A stretch of 64,000 nucleotides of DNA, taken from positions 2,294,001 to 2,358,000 of the forward strand of contig JANHCV010000001.1 in assembly GCA_025594325.1 (NCBI GenBank), given 5' to 3'. The notes beneath the pieces are model-generated. The model was not told the origin of the DNA. It saw only the letters and a list, made by a program, of their open reading frames with translations, and ran no database searches. A program made the position numbers and the translations under genes. Source of the stretch: Blastocladiella emersonii ATCC 22665 (Eukaryota; Fungi; Blastocladiomycota). Of the stretch, positions 1-12,579 are shown one piece after another. Within the stretch, counting starts at the first letter, position 1. Every line of letters begins with the position of its first letter.

Positions 1-2953
1 CATGAACGTCAACGTCCGCGGCGAGCACGGATACTCTGCACTGGTACGGTTCTCCCTCCCCGTGTGATCGTACAGCGGCTAACCATTCGTCATGTAGCAC
101 GTCGCGTGTATCGAGGGCCACGCGCACATCATCTCGATCCTCGCGGGCCACCGCGCCAACGCGAACCAGCTCGACGACCACGGGTACGCGCCGCTGCACC
201 TCGCGTACCGCGCCAAGCAGTTCGAGGTCGCGCACGCGCTGATCCTCGCCGGCGCCCGCGGCGACGTGCGGTCGCGCGAGGGCAAGCGCACCCCGCTGCA
301 CACGGCATTCCTGCACCCGCCATCCGCGCCACCATCCGCCACGGCGACGTTCAAGACGCCGGTCCAGCTCGTCGCCGCGCTGCTCAACGCGCCGGGGACT
401 GACCTCGACGCGCAGGACGACGCGGGGAACACGGCGCTCCACGCCGCCGTCGCGCAGGGCAACGTGCCGGTTGCCCGGTTCCTCCTCGAGCAGTCCAAGA
501 CCGCCGCGGGGTGCATCCTCAACACCCTCGGCCTCGCGCCCGCGCACATTGCCGTCGCCAACGCGCAGGCCGCCGCACTGATCCCGCTCTTCTCGTCCAA
601 GGCCCTCTGCACGCTGTCCGCACATGGCCGCACCGCGTACGATCTCGCGGCAGCCGCGGGCAACGCGGATCTCGCCAAGCTGATCCGGTCGCACGGCGGG
701 CTCGACGGCGTGCAAGCCGCACAGCTCGGCAGCGCACTCACGCGGCCCGTGGAGTCGGACGTCACCATGACCAGCACGCTCGGCCGCGATGGACCCGGGT
801 CGCCGCGCCAGGTCCACATGGGCGGCGGCAAGACCATGGACGCCGAGTCGACGACGACCACGGCGACCGGCGGCGTCCACGGGCCAGGGTCGCACCTGTT
901 CAGCAACGACACGGACCTCGTCACGGCGTACGCGCGCTCCCACAACGCGTCGCGCGAGACGGCGACGCATGAGGCCGGGCTCGCCGCGGACGCGCCGCTC
1001 AAGGCGGCTGCCGAAGTCGCGGGCGCGGCTGCGTCGACCGTGGTCGTGGCCCAGGTCCTGCTCGACGCCGACGTTGACCCGATCGCGGCGTACATGGCTG
1101 CGGCGCAGCCGCCCGCTGAGAAGTCGGCCCAGCTGCCCGTCATGCTCGAGGAGGAGGACCCCATCGCGGCGTACCTCGGCGGGAACAAGGCGCCCGCGGC
1201 TACCGAGCCCGAACCGGCTTCCGCTGCGGTCGTAACTCCGCAAGTCGACGCCGTGGTGGCCGACGACTTTGACCCGATCGCCGCTTACGCGTCGGCCAAC
1301 GCGCCTGCCCCGACACCCAGCGTCATCCGGCCCAGCACCCCGCCGGCTGTCCTCACGCCCCAGATGCCGCAGCGCGACGGGTCCGCGAGCTTCGAGGTGA
1401 TCGAGCTGGCGGCGCTCGCTCCATCGAGCCCCTCGGCCGTCGCTGTCCCTGCAACACCGACACGCGCGGCCATCGCGGTCGCACCGCACTCGCCGCCGTC
1501 GACGCAGCGCAAGGAGCTCGAGTCGCCGGCGCTGATCCAGCTCCCGTTGACGGGCCCGAGCCTCGCCACACCGACTGTTCCGCATGCACCCTCGGAATGG
1601 GTCATGTCCGACGCAATGACCGACGCAGTAGCGGCGCTCATCCCGCCAGAGCACCCGATGCGCACCGTGGCTAGTTTCCCTGAGCAGCTCGCGAACTCGC
1701 CGAGCGCCAGCGGCCGCCATGAGCCCCTTCCCGTCGCGTCGTCGGTGCCTGCTACATCGCTCGGCGACATGGGTCTGCTCGATGTCATCGCGGCTACCTC
1801 ACTGGCGCCAGCGCCAGCGCCAGAAGCGGGGGCCGAGACCGTCGAAGTGCAGCCGTCTGCGCCCATGGAGCTCTCGCTGCCGCCGCTCGCGGCCGAGGCC
1901 CTGTCGGACATCAACCTCGAAACCACGTCGCCGCGCCTCACGCACGTCTCGACGGCGGGCCACGCGCTGTCGGTGGACCAGCTCACGTTCGGCACCGAGC
2001 TCAAGAACAGCGTCGACGGTGGCATCAAGGGCGCCGAGCCCGTCTTCACCAGCGCGCTGGTTCTCAGCTCGCAGCAGCCTGACGACGAGTCGCGCTACTT
2101 TGACTCGCTCCCGTCGCCGCCGCTCCAGGTCGAGCCAGAGCGCGAGCTCGTGTCCGCGGGCCAGATCACGACGGCGACGAGCGACGCGCCGCAGCTCCCC
2201 GGCATGACGCAGCAATTTGGCACCGGGAGCCCGCTCGGCGCGACGCTGCCGCGTGTGATCGAGGAGTCGGCGGCCGCGGCCACGGACGGCGAGGCGGATG
2301 ACGACCTGCGCATGCTCGCCGAGGAATTCGGTCTGTCCGAGTTCTTTGACCCGCCGACCGAGGAAGCCGCCGACGCGCTCGGCGACCGCCCGCCGCTGCC
2401 CACGCTCACGCACGCCGCGACCGTCGGGTCCGTGGCGTCGCAGTCGACGGACCGGTCGTTCGCGTCCGCGGCCGCCGGCGACGAGCCCACCGACATGTCC
2501 GAGAGCGACGCGGACCTCGCGCGGATGCGCGCCAAGCTCGCCGAGCTCGACGCCGAGGAGCTGGATCTCGCGCAAGACAAGGCGTGGGACGCTGACGCGG
2601 CCAACGACGAGTCGGCGGGTGACGGCGGCGGCGCCGAGGACTGGGACCCGCCGACCAACATGACCGTCGAGAGCGTCACGGGTAGCGTCGATCTCCTCGC
2701 GCGGCTCGAGGCCGAGGAGGCCGAGCTGATGGCGGCCATGGGCGCCGACGAACCCGGTGGGACCGCGGCGCTCGATAACGGGTCGGCGGGCTCGCTCCCG
2801 TTCGCGGCCGTGCTGGCGGATCCGGTGAGCAAGGCGGGCGGTGGTGGTCGCGGTGGGCCGCTGACGGCAGCGGCGCATCTGCGGGGGCGAGGCGCGACGG
2901 ATGATACCAGCACGGCGGGGAGCGACCGGGTTCCGCTGCGGTCCCAGCGATGA
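1..2953 (+). CDS. Ankyrin-repeat protein with long acidic disordered C-terminal region (may be 5'-truncated by the window)
   Basis: Splicing intron 44-97 (GTACGG..CTAAC..TAG) joins MNVNVRGEHGYSAL to HVACIEGH..GYAPLHLA..KRTPLHTA..GNTALHAAVAQGNVPVARFLL, which are ankyrin consensus repeats, in frame with ORF 266-2953. Confidence 0.85.
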
Positions 2954-3076
2954 GGGCGCGACGCGGCGGGGCCATGGCGTGTTTGTGTGTTTCTTTGAAT
3001 GTATCGCAAAGGGCTTTTATTTATGAGCAGGAGGCGGGAGAGAGACTACTATCAGTTGCAAGCGACGGCGGACGGT

Positions 3077-4552
3077 TCAGATGCGGCACTTCTTGAGCAT
3101 CTTCTCCATCTCGTCAAAATCATCTGGCATTCCCTCGATGGTGAGCGAGTACTGGCGGATGACGAGGTTCTGGACGTCGCGGGCCTGGGGCGAGTCGATA
3201 AAGTTGACCGAGACGCCCTCGCGGCCGAACCGGCCGGTGCGCCCAATGCGGTGCATGTACGCCTCGTGGTCGGGCCGGTTGTTCTGGTCGACGGGCATGT
3301 CGTAGTTGACGACGAGGTTGACCTGGGGCACGTCGATACCGCGCGCGAGCACGTTGGTCGCGATCAGCACCTTGGCGCGGCCGGACCGGAACGCGTCCAT
3401 GGTCTGGTCGCGCACCGACGGCTCGTCCTCGCCTGTGATGACCGACACGGCGTGGCCCTCGTCGGTCATGCGCTTGGCGACGTCGCGCGCCGTGACCTTG
3501 CGCTGCACGAAGATGATGGACTGGCCGACGGTCAGCAGGCCGTACAAGTCCGACAGCTTCTGGAACTTTTCCGCGGGCGACGCGATGTCGACGTAGAACT
3601 GGTGGATGGCCTTGACGTTAACCTCGTCGCGCGGCAGCATGAGCAGGTTGGCGCCGGGCGCAAAGGACGCGGCAAACGACTTGACCTTGTCGGGGAACGT
3701 GGCCGAGAACAGCAGGACCTGCACGTCGTTGCGGACAAACTTGCGCAGCATGCGCGACTGCTCGCCGAGGTTCTGCTGGTCGAGCATGGCGTCGGCCTCG
3801 TCGAGGACCATGACCTTGATGGCCGACACGTCGAGCTGCTTGCGGCGGATCAGGTCGACGAGCGTGCCAGGGGTGCCGACGACGATCGGGTCCGTGACGC
3901 GCTGGCCGCGCGCGACGCCGTCCTTGACGGCCATGCACACGGTGGCGCCCGTGTGCACGCCGAGGAGCTTGACGACCTCGACGATCTGGATGGCGAGCTC
4001 GCGCGTGTTGGCGAGGCAGATGGCCTGCGGCGCGCGCTGCTGCGTGTTGATGCGCGTCAGCATGGTCAGCACGAAGGCGGCCGTCTTGCCCGTGCCGGAC
4101 CGCGACTGCGCGATCATGTTGACTGGCGGGTTCTTGAGCAGCAGCGGCAGCGCCTTCTTCTGGATCACGGACGGCGCGTTGAAGTTGGCGTCGTAGATGC
4201 CCTTGAGCAGCGGCTCCGGCAGACTCAGGTCCTCGAACTTGTGCGCCACCTCGATCGGGCCCGTGCTGCCGTTCGCCAGCGTCACCACGATCTCGTCCGT
4301 CGAGAAGTCCTCGTGCAGACCGGGGCCGAGCGCGGGCGCACCGGAGCCGGCGGCCTCGTCGTCCTCCTCTTCCTCCTCGTCCGACGACTCCTCGGCGGCG
4401 TCAGCGGCAGCGGCCTCCTCCGTGGCGGCCTCGGGCTTGGCCTCCGCCTTGGCCTCGGCCTCGTTCACCTTGGCGGCGACGGCGGCGAGGACCGGGTCGG
4501 GCTTGGCCGCGGGGGCGGGCGAGGCGGCGGCCTTGGGACTAGCGGGCGCCAT
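3077..4552 (-). CDS. DBP5: DEAD-box RNA helicase, Dbp5/DDX19 family, copy A (intronless, divergent N-terminus)
   Basis: Motifs NMIAQSRSGTGKT, LDEAD, FSAT, ARGID, YMHRIGRTGRFGR; 'NPPVNMIAQS' and 'TNVLARGID' are Dbp5-type. ATG at 4550-4552. Confidence 0.9.
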   Translation of the reverse strand: MAPASPKAAASPAPAAKPDPVLAAVAAKVNEAEAKAEAKPEAATEEAAAADAAEESSDEEEEEDDEAAGSGAPALGPGLHEDFSTDEIVVTLANGSTGPIEVAHKFEDLSLPEPLLKGIYDANFNAPSVIQKKALPLLLKNPPVNMIAQSRSGTGKTAAFVLTMLTRINTQQRAPQAICLANTRELAIQIVEVVKLLGVHTGATVCMAVKDGVARGQRVTDPIVVGTPGTLVDLIRRKQLDVSAIKVMVLDEADAMLDQQNLGEQSRMLRKFVRNDVQVLLFSATFPDKVKSFAASFAPGANLLMLPRDEVNVKAIHQFYVDIASPAEKFQKLSDLYGLLTVGQSIIFVQRKVTARDVAKRMTDEGHAVSVITGEDEPSVRDQTMDAFRSGRAKVLIATNVLARGIDVPQVNLVVNYDMPVDQNNRPDHEAYMHRIGRTGRFGREGVSVNFIDSPQARDVQNLVIRQYSLTIEGMPDDFDEMEKMLKKCRI

Positions 4553-4939
4553 GCTGCGATCGGAGGGAGATCGCAAGACGCGCGGAGGTTGTCAGAGACA
4601 CCGTCATGGCTGATACATGGTCTTCGTAGCGTATTGCAGCGACTTACATGATGCAGAGGCGAGGAGCAAGGGATATCTGGAGAAGCTCGGAGCAGCCTGG
4701 GAAGCGCGAGGATCAGGTCGGCCAACCTGCCAATCGAGTCAGCTGAGCCACTCGCCTTCACGCGACGCGTCGCGACGCGCTCCGCCGCGGCTTTGCCGGC
4801 CGATGCTGAGAGCGATCATTTCGCTGGCCTCCTGCAAAGGGGAAGAGGGGCAAAAGCGAAGCTGATGCAGTCCATGAATCGCGGATCAACGCTGGTTCTG
4901 CTCAACCCCTGAAAACGATCGGCGACCCTCGTGCCCACC

Positions 4940-7900
4940 ATGTCGCAGGCCACCGACATTGTCAAACTCGCCGAGCACCTCAAGATCCTGGTGCCCTACG
5001 GCGCGCAGGTCCTGGCGTCGCTCGGCAACATCCGCCATGCCGCCACGATGCCATCGAACAAGTCGGGCGCGCCGCCCCTGGCCGCACCGCCGTCGCTCCG
5101 CCTCTTCCGCGAACCGGCGCTGCTGACGGTGGCCAAGGCGTTCACAAAAAAGTTCCCCGAGACCGAGGCCATGAACAAACAGTCCAAGGAGTACAAGGAG
5201 TTTGTCGAGGCGTTCAAGGAGATCAAGGAGGAGCTGCGGCCCATCTACCTCGTCTTCTCGGCGTGGGCCGACTTTGTGGGCCATGCGCGGGCGACGCTCA
5301 CCGCGTGCGCCAAGTTGACGTGTCTCTCGGTGTGTGTTCCGCTCTCGATCGAACTGCGCGATCCGATCTAACGCGTCGTGTCGAATGTAGCTCGATACGA
5401 ACCCGGACCTCGCCCAGAACGTCGTCTTCCTCGCGCACTACCTGGTCGCGACGCTGCAGCTCGTGGCCAAGATCGGCAAGGGTAAGAAGGCCATCGCGTC
5501 GGCCGTCATTGTGCTCGACGCGCGCACCGGCGTCGTCCTCGACTCGTCCTTTTCCAAGATCGCCGAGCTGTTCGTCGCGCTCGACAAGCCCTACTCGTTC
5601 ATCCCCGAGGTGTTTGCGCCCATCAGCGCTCGTCTGACCCAGCTGCTTGGCGGGCTCAAGATCGAGATGTCGTCGGGCCCGCTCGCGCCCGTCGAGACGC
5701 TGCGCAAGTCGGGGCTCTTTGGGCTCGTCGGCATGGCGTGCGCCGACCCGACCGCGCCGACGCCCGACGATATTGTACGCTGCTGGCTTTCTAACGTTCT
5801 GGACCTCCATCTGACGCGTTTCTCGCGTGTGTAGCGACTCCGCCTCATCACGCACATGTCGCTCTACTCGCAGAGCATCGTCACCATCATGTTTGCGTGC
5901 GCGGCCGACGTGGTCAACGATAGCAACGCCATCACGCTGCTCAAGATGGCCATCAGCAACGGCACCTACAGCGGGACCACGGGCGACGACGTACGTTGAG
6001 CCGCGACAGTGTAAGCCCGTCGGACTGACCAAGATCGCGTTCGCGTCGATTACAGGTCATTCAAGCGGCGCAAGAGTTCGAGGCCCTCATCAAGTCGAAC
6101 GCCAAGCTGAGCAAGCTCAAGAGCCAGGTCACGTACGTTGTCCCTCGTCGCACCAGCATCATGTCACGGCGAGCTGACCCAAACTTGATGTAGCGAGGCC
6201 GTCGGCAAGTACAAGCAAATGTCCATCAAGTTCCACCGCGAGCGCCGCGAGTACCTCGCGCACCAGATGACGCAGATCCTGCTCCTCTGCCGCGATAACC
6301 CCGGCCTACTCGGACCAAAGTTCCCGCTCATTCTCGGCTGTCTCGTACGTTCTTCGCGGCGGCGGCAAACGGACCAAGCTGACGTTACTTACGCTCGCAC
6401 TCGTAGAACTTTGCGCGCGACGAGATCATGCACTACTTCACGCACCTCGACGACAACAAGCCCGCTCCCGGGTCCAAATCGAGCGGCGGCAGCAGTGGCA
6501 GCAAGAATGCTCCCGCGCCGCGCATGGGGCTCGACGTCCTGCACCTCCTCCACCTGACGCTAGCCATCAAGGGTCTGGTGCTGTCCAACCGCGACCTCGT
6601 GATGCGGTACCAGTGCAACCTCGTCGGCCAGTCCTTCTCAGGCAGCGTGCTCTCTGCTCTCTCGACGCTCATCTCGCAGGAAGCCCTCCCCGACGGCGTG
6701 CGCCAGCTCGCGCTCGCCGTCAAGGCGCTGTACGAGCAGGCGGACCTGGACCACCTCGACCACTACCGCGCGTTCCGCATGAACTGGGCGCGGCTGCAGG
6801 TGTACCTTTCGCTGCCCGAGTGCATGGTCCCGATTACGTCGCTGCCGCAGGTGACGCGCACGCTCAACGAGGTGGCCGCCGCGACTACGCTGATCGACGA
6901 CCTGCCCAAGCTCGTGGCCATGGTCTCGGACATGCAGCAGCTCGCGCGTCACCACGACACGCTGCTCGCGCACATCACCGAGGCCATGACCGCGTCCGCC
7001 GGCGCGCCGTCCATGGCGATCCTCGACCTCATCGGCCCGCTCGCCAACGAGCTCGCGGCGGGGAACCAGCCCGACCGCGCGGCCGAGTTCGCGATCGCGG
7101 CCATCGAGCGGCTTGCGGCCGTCACGGTCGACGTGGTGCTGCGCCACGCGCACCTCAAGGCCAAGCTCGAGCGCAAGGCTAAGTGGGATGGCATGGTGAT
7201 GAAGGGCGGCAAGGGCGTTCCGGGTGAGGTGTTCACGGGCGAGGAGAGTCTGCTGAGCTCGGGCAACGTGACGTGCCGGCACCTCGACGCGCTCGGGACG
7301 CAGTCGAGCGACATGCTCGCGGCCTTTGCCACGATGCCGTCGATCAGCAACGCGCACTTCACGCTGCACCCGCAGACGCAGCTGCAGCAGGCGCTCAGCC
7401 GCGAGGTGCACGCGTACCTGCAGTCGAGCGTGTTCGACGCCGAGGCCAACGCGGCGCCCGCGATCGGCGACGACATGCCGTACGCAATCCACACGCCGGC
7501 CATGATCCAGGTCGCCGCCGAGGCCGTGTTCGCGGACCTGTACGAGCAGCTCGCCGTGATCCCCGGGTTCCCGACCGCCGCCATGCTCGACACGGTCCTC
7601 CAGCAGCAGAACCACCCGGGCCAGGTCGCCGAGTTCTCGGAGCCGCTGCCTGAGCAGCTCCTGGTCCGCCCGCCCGCGTCGCCGACCAAGCGCAAGCCCG
7701 GCCCGCCGCGCACCCCGCCCGCGCACCTCCCGTACGCCGTCGCCGTCGGACACTACTACGCGGACCTGCTCACGGCGCGCACCTGGACCTCGGGCCTCGT
7801 GTACTCGGCCGCGCGCCAGGCGCTCGTCCACGCGCCCGCCGCGGGGCCGCACCATGCGCACCACAAGTCCTCGTCGACGGCGTCGTCGGGCGCGGGCGGA

Positions 7901-9171
7901 AACGCGAAAGACGGGCTGCACGCGTGGCGCGCCGACATCTACACGGACCCGCCGCAGCTGTCGGCGCTCGCGCGCGTCGTCGGCCCGCCCGGGATGCGCC
8001 TGATCGACGCGCGCATGATCCCGTACATAACCGCGATCGGGACCGGGCTCATCAACCAGGTCAACGGCGTGCTCGGGACGCTCGCGAGCGCGGGCCCGCC
8101 GGCCAACCTCGCGGCGAACGTCGCTAAACTCCGCGCGGCCGCCGGCGACGACCCGCTCGAGCGGCTCGCGGCGCTCGGGTACATTCTCGAGGCACGGCAC
8201 GTCGTGCACCGCGCGGCGCGCGGGAGCTTCGTGGTCCACGACGCGCCGACAAATCGCACGCTGGATTCGGCGTGCCGCGCGGCTGCGGCGGTCGCGGCCG
8301 GCGGTCAGGCCGAGGAGAACAAACCGGCGGTACGGGATTCTGGTTCGTGGCGGACTCTTTCACTGACGTGATGTCCATGTAGGGCATGTTCGAGTACGCC
8401 GAGTGGCTCAGTCACGACGAGTTCTCGGACGCGCCGCTGGACCAGGCGTTTGATTTCATCAGTACGCCGACGCTCACCGTCTACGGCGTGAGCGAGCGCT
8501 GACGGCCATCGCGTAGAGCACCTCAACGTGACGCCGGTCGGGATCCCGACGCTCGTCTCGTTCCTCGCCACGGCGCTGTGCGCTGCCGCTTTCTCCGATT
8601 CGGGCGCGTACAACGCGGCGATTGAAGGTACGCCGCCCCTCCCCTACTCCGAGACCACAGCCACTGACCACTCTTGCCCGCGCGCCCAGCGAGCCACAAC
8701 AACGCGCACTGCATCGCGACCGCGGTCCACGCGGTCCTGCTGCTCGGCCTGCCGAAACTCTCGGCCGTGGCGTCGAAGCAAGACGTGATGGGCGTGGCCG
8801 AGTCCGTGTTCGCCATGGCCAGCGGCTGGATGCTCCAGCTGCACCGCGTGCACATGGCCGCGGCCACGGGCGGCGACGGCGCCGCCGCGGCCAAGTCGCT
8901 CAAGCTGCGCGACGTGGATTCGGCGTGGATGGTCGTGCATCGCGTACGTTTCGCTTCTTCTCGGGGGTCGTCGGCTTGGCTGATACGTGTGAGCGTGTAG
9001 CTCGCGAAACTGTTCGGCGCGACCGGCGAGCGGTGGGCCGAGCACTACATCGGCCTCGGGCTCGTCAAGTCGGTCCACGCGGCCGTCGTCCGCAAGACAG
9101 TCCAGTACCGCCGCCGCCGCGTCGGCGGAGGCGGCAGCCGCGGGCACCTCGTGGACGATGACGCCGAGTGA
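4940..9171 (+). CDS. NCKAP1: NCKAP1/Nap1/Hem family subunit of the WAVE (SCAR) regulatory complex, multi-exon
   Basis: KLAEHLKIL (human KLAEKLTIL); FHRERREYL..DNPGLLGPK..DEIMHY (human MHRERRKFL..DQPGLLGPK..DEIIWL); YNAAIE..HNNAHCIATAV (human YSPAIEGHCNNIHCLAKAI). Several short introns; stop TGA at 9169-9171. Confidence 0.85.
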
Positions 9172-9950
9172 GATGGGCGCCGAGTGGTGTCTCGTTGTTG
9201 TTTGTGCCTCGGCACCAATTGATCTTTGACTTGATCCCGTCCGCGTGCACATTTCTCTCCGAAGCCGCGTGCTTGCGTCTCAGGTCGACGCCGAGCACCA
9301 CTCGCGCACGCGTCGCGTTTCAGATCACGCGAGTGGAGCCGGCGAAACTCGCGTCCCGGGCCCGGGCGCCTGGCCCTCACGGTGAGGCCGCCGCCGGTGT
9401 TCGCCATGATGGCCATGGCCACGGACAAGTGGAAAGCTTGTGGCCACGACCACCGGTTCGCGCGTTAGACGACAAAGTTTGAGGCAAAAAGGTGGAGATC
9501 CATGTTCCTACATCGCATCATCAGCGGCCACACGAGGAGGGGATGAGGGCGGTATGTCGAAGGGAAGCCCACCGCGTCTCAAGAAAACGCGAGGCGCGGT
9601 GGACGAGCGAGGGGAGGGCGGAGTCATATGGTACAGGGTTCGCACAAGTACGAGCGCGATGAGTGGGGAGTAAGTGTGAAGTGGGCGGCGATGGGAGCAA
9701 GCAGGAACGTGGGGCTAAGGTAAGGTTAGGGTGAGGTGAGGTGAGGTAGGGGTGAGGTGGGGGTGCGGGGAATGCAAGCGAGCATCTATCTACAACTGCG
9801 TCGCCACGGCGCGGACGAGCGGGTGGCGATACAGTGGGTGGTGGTGGTGGGGTGGTGGGGTGGTGGAAGCTGACGGCGAGCGGCCAGAGACGCGGCGCGA
9901 TCACCGTCAACGAGCGAGGGTGGGATGGCGAAAGGGAGGGAGAAAAACGC

Positions 9951-11957
9951 TCACAGGGAGCTGGTCGAGGCGTGGTGGACGGGGAAGTGGTGGGGCAGGT
10001 TGGCGAACATCTTGGGGTGCGCGTTCGCCGTCGCCGCGGGCGCGGTCATGTGCATGGGCGCGAGCTGCTGGAGCGGCTGCTGCGGCTGCGACGAGACGAT
10101 GAGCGGGAGCATCTGGGCGGTCGGGCCGGAGGGGATGGCGTTGTAGAGCTGCTGCGAGTCCATGCCGGGCGTCGTGGTGGTGGCGACGGGGAACGCGGTG
10201 GCGCTGTTGGGCGCGACCATGCCGAAGTTGGCGCCGTTGGGCGGGGCGAACGGCTGCACGCCGTGGAGCTGGGTCGGGTGCTGCGGCGGCGTCAGCTGTT
10301 GCTGCTGGAGCTGCTGCTGCATCATGACGGGGGCGGCGGCGGGATCGTCGTAGCCGAGCGACATGCCGGCGAGCTGCGGCGGGAGGAACGAGAGCGACCC
10401 GGACCGCGCGCGCTCGGGCGCAACGACGCTCATAGAGTTGGTGCGGTGGCGCGCCTGCGGGCCGACGAGCGGCGACGGCGCGGTCCCGGCCATGCCGTAC
10501 TGGACCGAGTTGGTGCGCGGGCGGCCGGCGTACGGCTGGAACCGCGGCGACCCGAGCGGCGCCATGGCCGACGCGCCCGGCAGGATCATGGGCGAGGTCG
10601 GGGCCGACGGGGCGGGCGTCAGGAGCGACGCGGCGCTCGACGCGAACTGCGCGCCGACCATGCCCTGCGGCATCAGCGGGGCCGCCGACGCCATCGGGAA
10701 CCCCATGGCGGCGGCATTTTCGGCGGCGCGCTTGGCGTGCACGCTCGCGATCTCCTCCTTGAGCCGCTCGGCGAGCAGCGCCTTGCGACCCGTGGCCTGG
10801 CGGCCGCGCTGGCGCAGCAGGTCCTTGAGCTCGGACACGGTGATGTCGTTGAAATCGACGCGCAGGAGCGCGTCGTCGAGGGCGCGCTCGACCTCGCTCG
10901 TCGACGCGCGCGGCACGGGCGCGAGGAGGGCCTTGCCGCCCTGCTGCGAGTCGGTCATGGACTGGAAGTTACTGCTGACCGAGCGCAGCGACGAGGCCGA
11001 GGACACGGACGACAGCGACGAGATGGACGCCATGGAGTGCAGCGACGCGAACGACGGCGCGTTCTCGAGCGTGTGGCCCATGGCGGGACTCGACATGGCC
11101 ATGGTCATGGCAGGCATCGGCTGGTACACCGGGGCGACAGGCTGCTGGAGGGCCGGGGCCGAGTAGGTCGCGGTGTCGGCGGGGAAAGCGTTGGGCAGCG
11201 TGCTTGTGGCGAGGCCGTTGGACAGCATGAAGGCCTCGGCGGCGCTCTCGAAGGTGAGCATCACGTCCTTGGGCGGGACCGGCGGCGGCGCGATGGCGTC
11301 GGTCGTCGCGGTACTGGACGCGGCGGCGGCAGCAAAGTCCTCGGGGAGCTGGAAGCTCGACGAGAGGGTCAGACCGAGACTCTCGCGGATCACGGTGCGG
11401 TCGCCGAGAGTGCGGCGCTCGCGGCGCAGCGTGCCGGGCGCGGGCGGCGGCTGCAGCACGGGGACGGGCGGGTCGATGACCAGGGTCGAGTCCATGGCGA
11501 AGCCCGACGCGATCGAGTCGAAGCTGGACTGGTGCTGAAGCTGCTGCGGCTGCTGCTGCTGGTGGTGGTCGAGCGACATGGACGAGGCGAGGTCCATGAC
11601 GTCCGAGCCCGTACCCGATGCGGGCGGCGGCGACAGGTGCAGCGCGTCCTCCCAAGCCATGCGGGTGAACGACGCGGGCGGAGCGGCGTGCGCGTCGGCG
11701 GCCGGCGCGGGGACGGGCGCCAAGCCACTTGCGGCGGCATGATGATGGAGAAAGTGCTCGGGCAGAGGCGGCACGGGCGGCGGCGCTACAGGAAGCGAGA
11801 GAGCAACGCGACGGTCAGCGCGCGCATGGGATCGAGCGGCGGCAGAGGAGGGAGGGCGATCCGTACCGTCCAGCAAGAGCTCCTGGCCGGGGAAAAGGGC
11901 CTTGCTCGGCGACGGCAGCGGCGGGAACTGCTGGGCAGTCGGCGTGACGATGCGCAT
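9951..11957 (-). CDS. SAP-domain protein, otherwise low-complexity (P/S/A/Q-rich); ends uncertain
   Basis: DITVSELKDLLRQRGRQATGRKALLAERLKE matches the SAP DNA-binding motif. Start could be 11957 (MRIVTP) or further upstream. A possible 3' intron (GTGAGC donor near 9954, acceptor near 9870) could extend the C-terminus. Confidence 0.7.
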   Translation of the reverse strand: MRIVTPTAQQFPPLPSPSKALFPGQELLLDGTDRPPSSAAARSHARADRRVALSLPVAPPPVPPLPEHFLHHHAAASGLAPVPAPAADAHAAPPASFTRMAWEDALHLSPPPASGTGSDVMDLASSMSLDHHQQQQPQQLQHQSSFDSIASGFAMDSTLVIDPPVPVLQPPPAPGTLRRERRTLGDRTVIRESLGLTLSSSFQLPEDFAAAAASSTATTDAIAPPPVPPKDVMLTFESAAEAFMLSNGLATSTLPNAFPADTATYSAPALQQPVAPVYQPMPAMTMAMSSPAMGHTLENAPSFASLHSMASISSLSSVSSASSLRSVSSNFQSMTDSQQGGKALLAPVPRASTSEVERALDDALLRVDFNDITVSELKDLLRQRGRQATGRKALLAERLKEEIASVHAKRAAENAAAMGFPMASAAPLMPQGMVGAQFASSAASLLTPAPSAPTSPMILPGASAMAPLGSPRFQPYAGRPRTNSVQYGMAGTAPSPLVGPQARHRTNSMSVVAPERARSGSLSFLPPQLAGMSLGYDDPAAAPVMMQQQLQQQQLTPPQHPTQLHGVQPFAPPNGANFGMVAPNSATAFPVATTTTPGMDSQQLYNAIPSGPTAQMLPLIVSSQPQQPLQQLAPMHMTAPAATANAHPKMFANLPHHFPVHHASTSSL

Positions 11958-12568
11958 GGTGGGGCCGTCTAGTGTAGTCTTGGGCGGGAGGAGGGCCGAC
12001 TGCAGGGAGTCGGAGCGGGGCTGATGAGCGTTCGAGCGAGGAACGGCGTCTGCAGGAAAGAACAACCGAAGCGTCCGTCATGTCAGCGATCCAAGTCCAA
12101 GTCGGGAAGGTTCACGAGAGGGTGGCGAGGCGGGCCCAGGCCGCGGCGGCGCCGGCGTGTCCGGAAGCGGCGACCGGCACACGGTGATCCGACCGAGGAC
12201 GAGGCCGATGGCGAGGATGAGGGCGAGTGGTGCGATAGGCGGTCAGGCATGGCACGTACCGAGACGCGCTTCGAAGGGTGGAGGGTGGGCGGCGAGAGGG
12301 AGGACGGACAAGCGGGCCCCCATATATCCTTTAAGCGTGCCGGTCGGTGTGCAGGAGGCAGCGCCGGAATTTGGCAACGCCCTGCGAGCTGGTTCCAACT
12401 ATAGTCCAGCGCACGCGTTTCAGGGACGCGATCCGATCCGACGAAGATGCAGCCGAGGGGTGGGGCCATCGACGAGGACGCGCTCCACGTCGAGGGCGAT
12501 GGATGTCGGTCGCGGACGACGATGGTCGAGCCGACGCCGACACCCCCTCCCGCTGCCCTCAGCATCCC

Positions 12569-12579
12569 GTTGCATCAAG
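12569..12579 (-). promoter_or_regulatory. Candidate promoter motif CTTGATGCAAC upstream of the SAP gene
   Basis: Plus strand GTTGCATCAAG; the identical 11-mer occurs at 12834-12844 (+) and 44781-44791 (-), each oriented toward the adjacent gene. Confidence 0.45.

Noticed and set aside
9715-9765. GGTTAGGGTGAGGTGAGG tract resembling telomeric repeat
   Set aside because: There is a single TTAGGG within a degenerate GGTGA run, most likely in the SAP gene's 3' region. It is not a telomere array.
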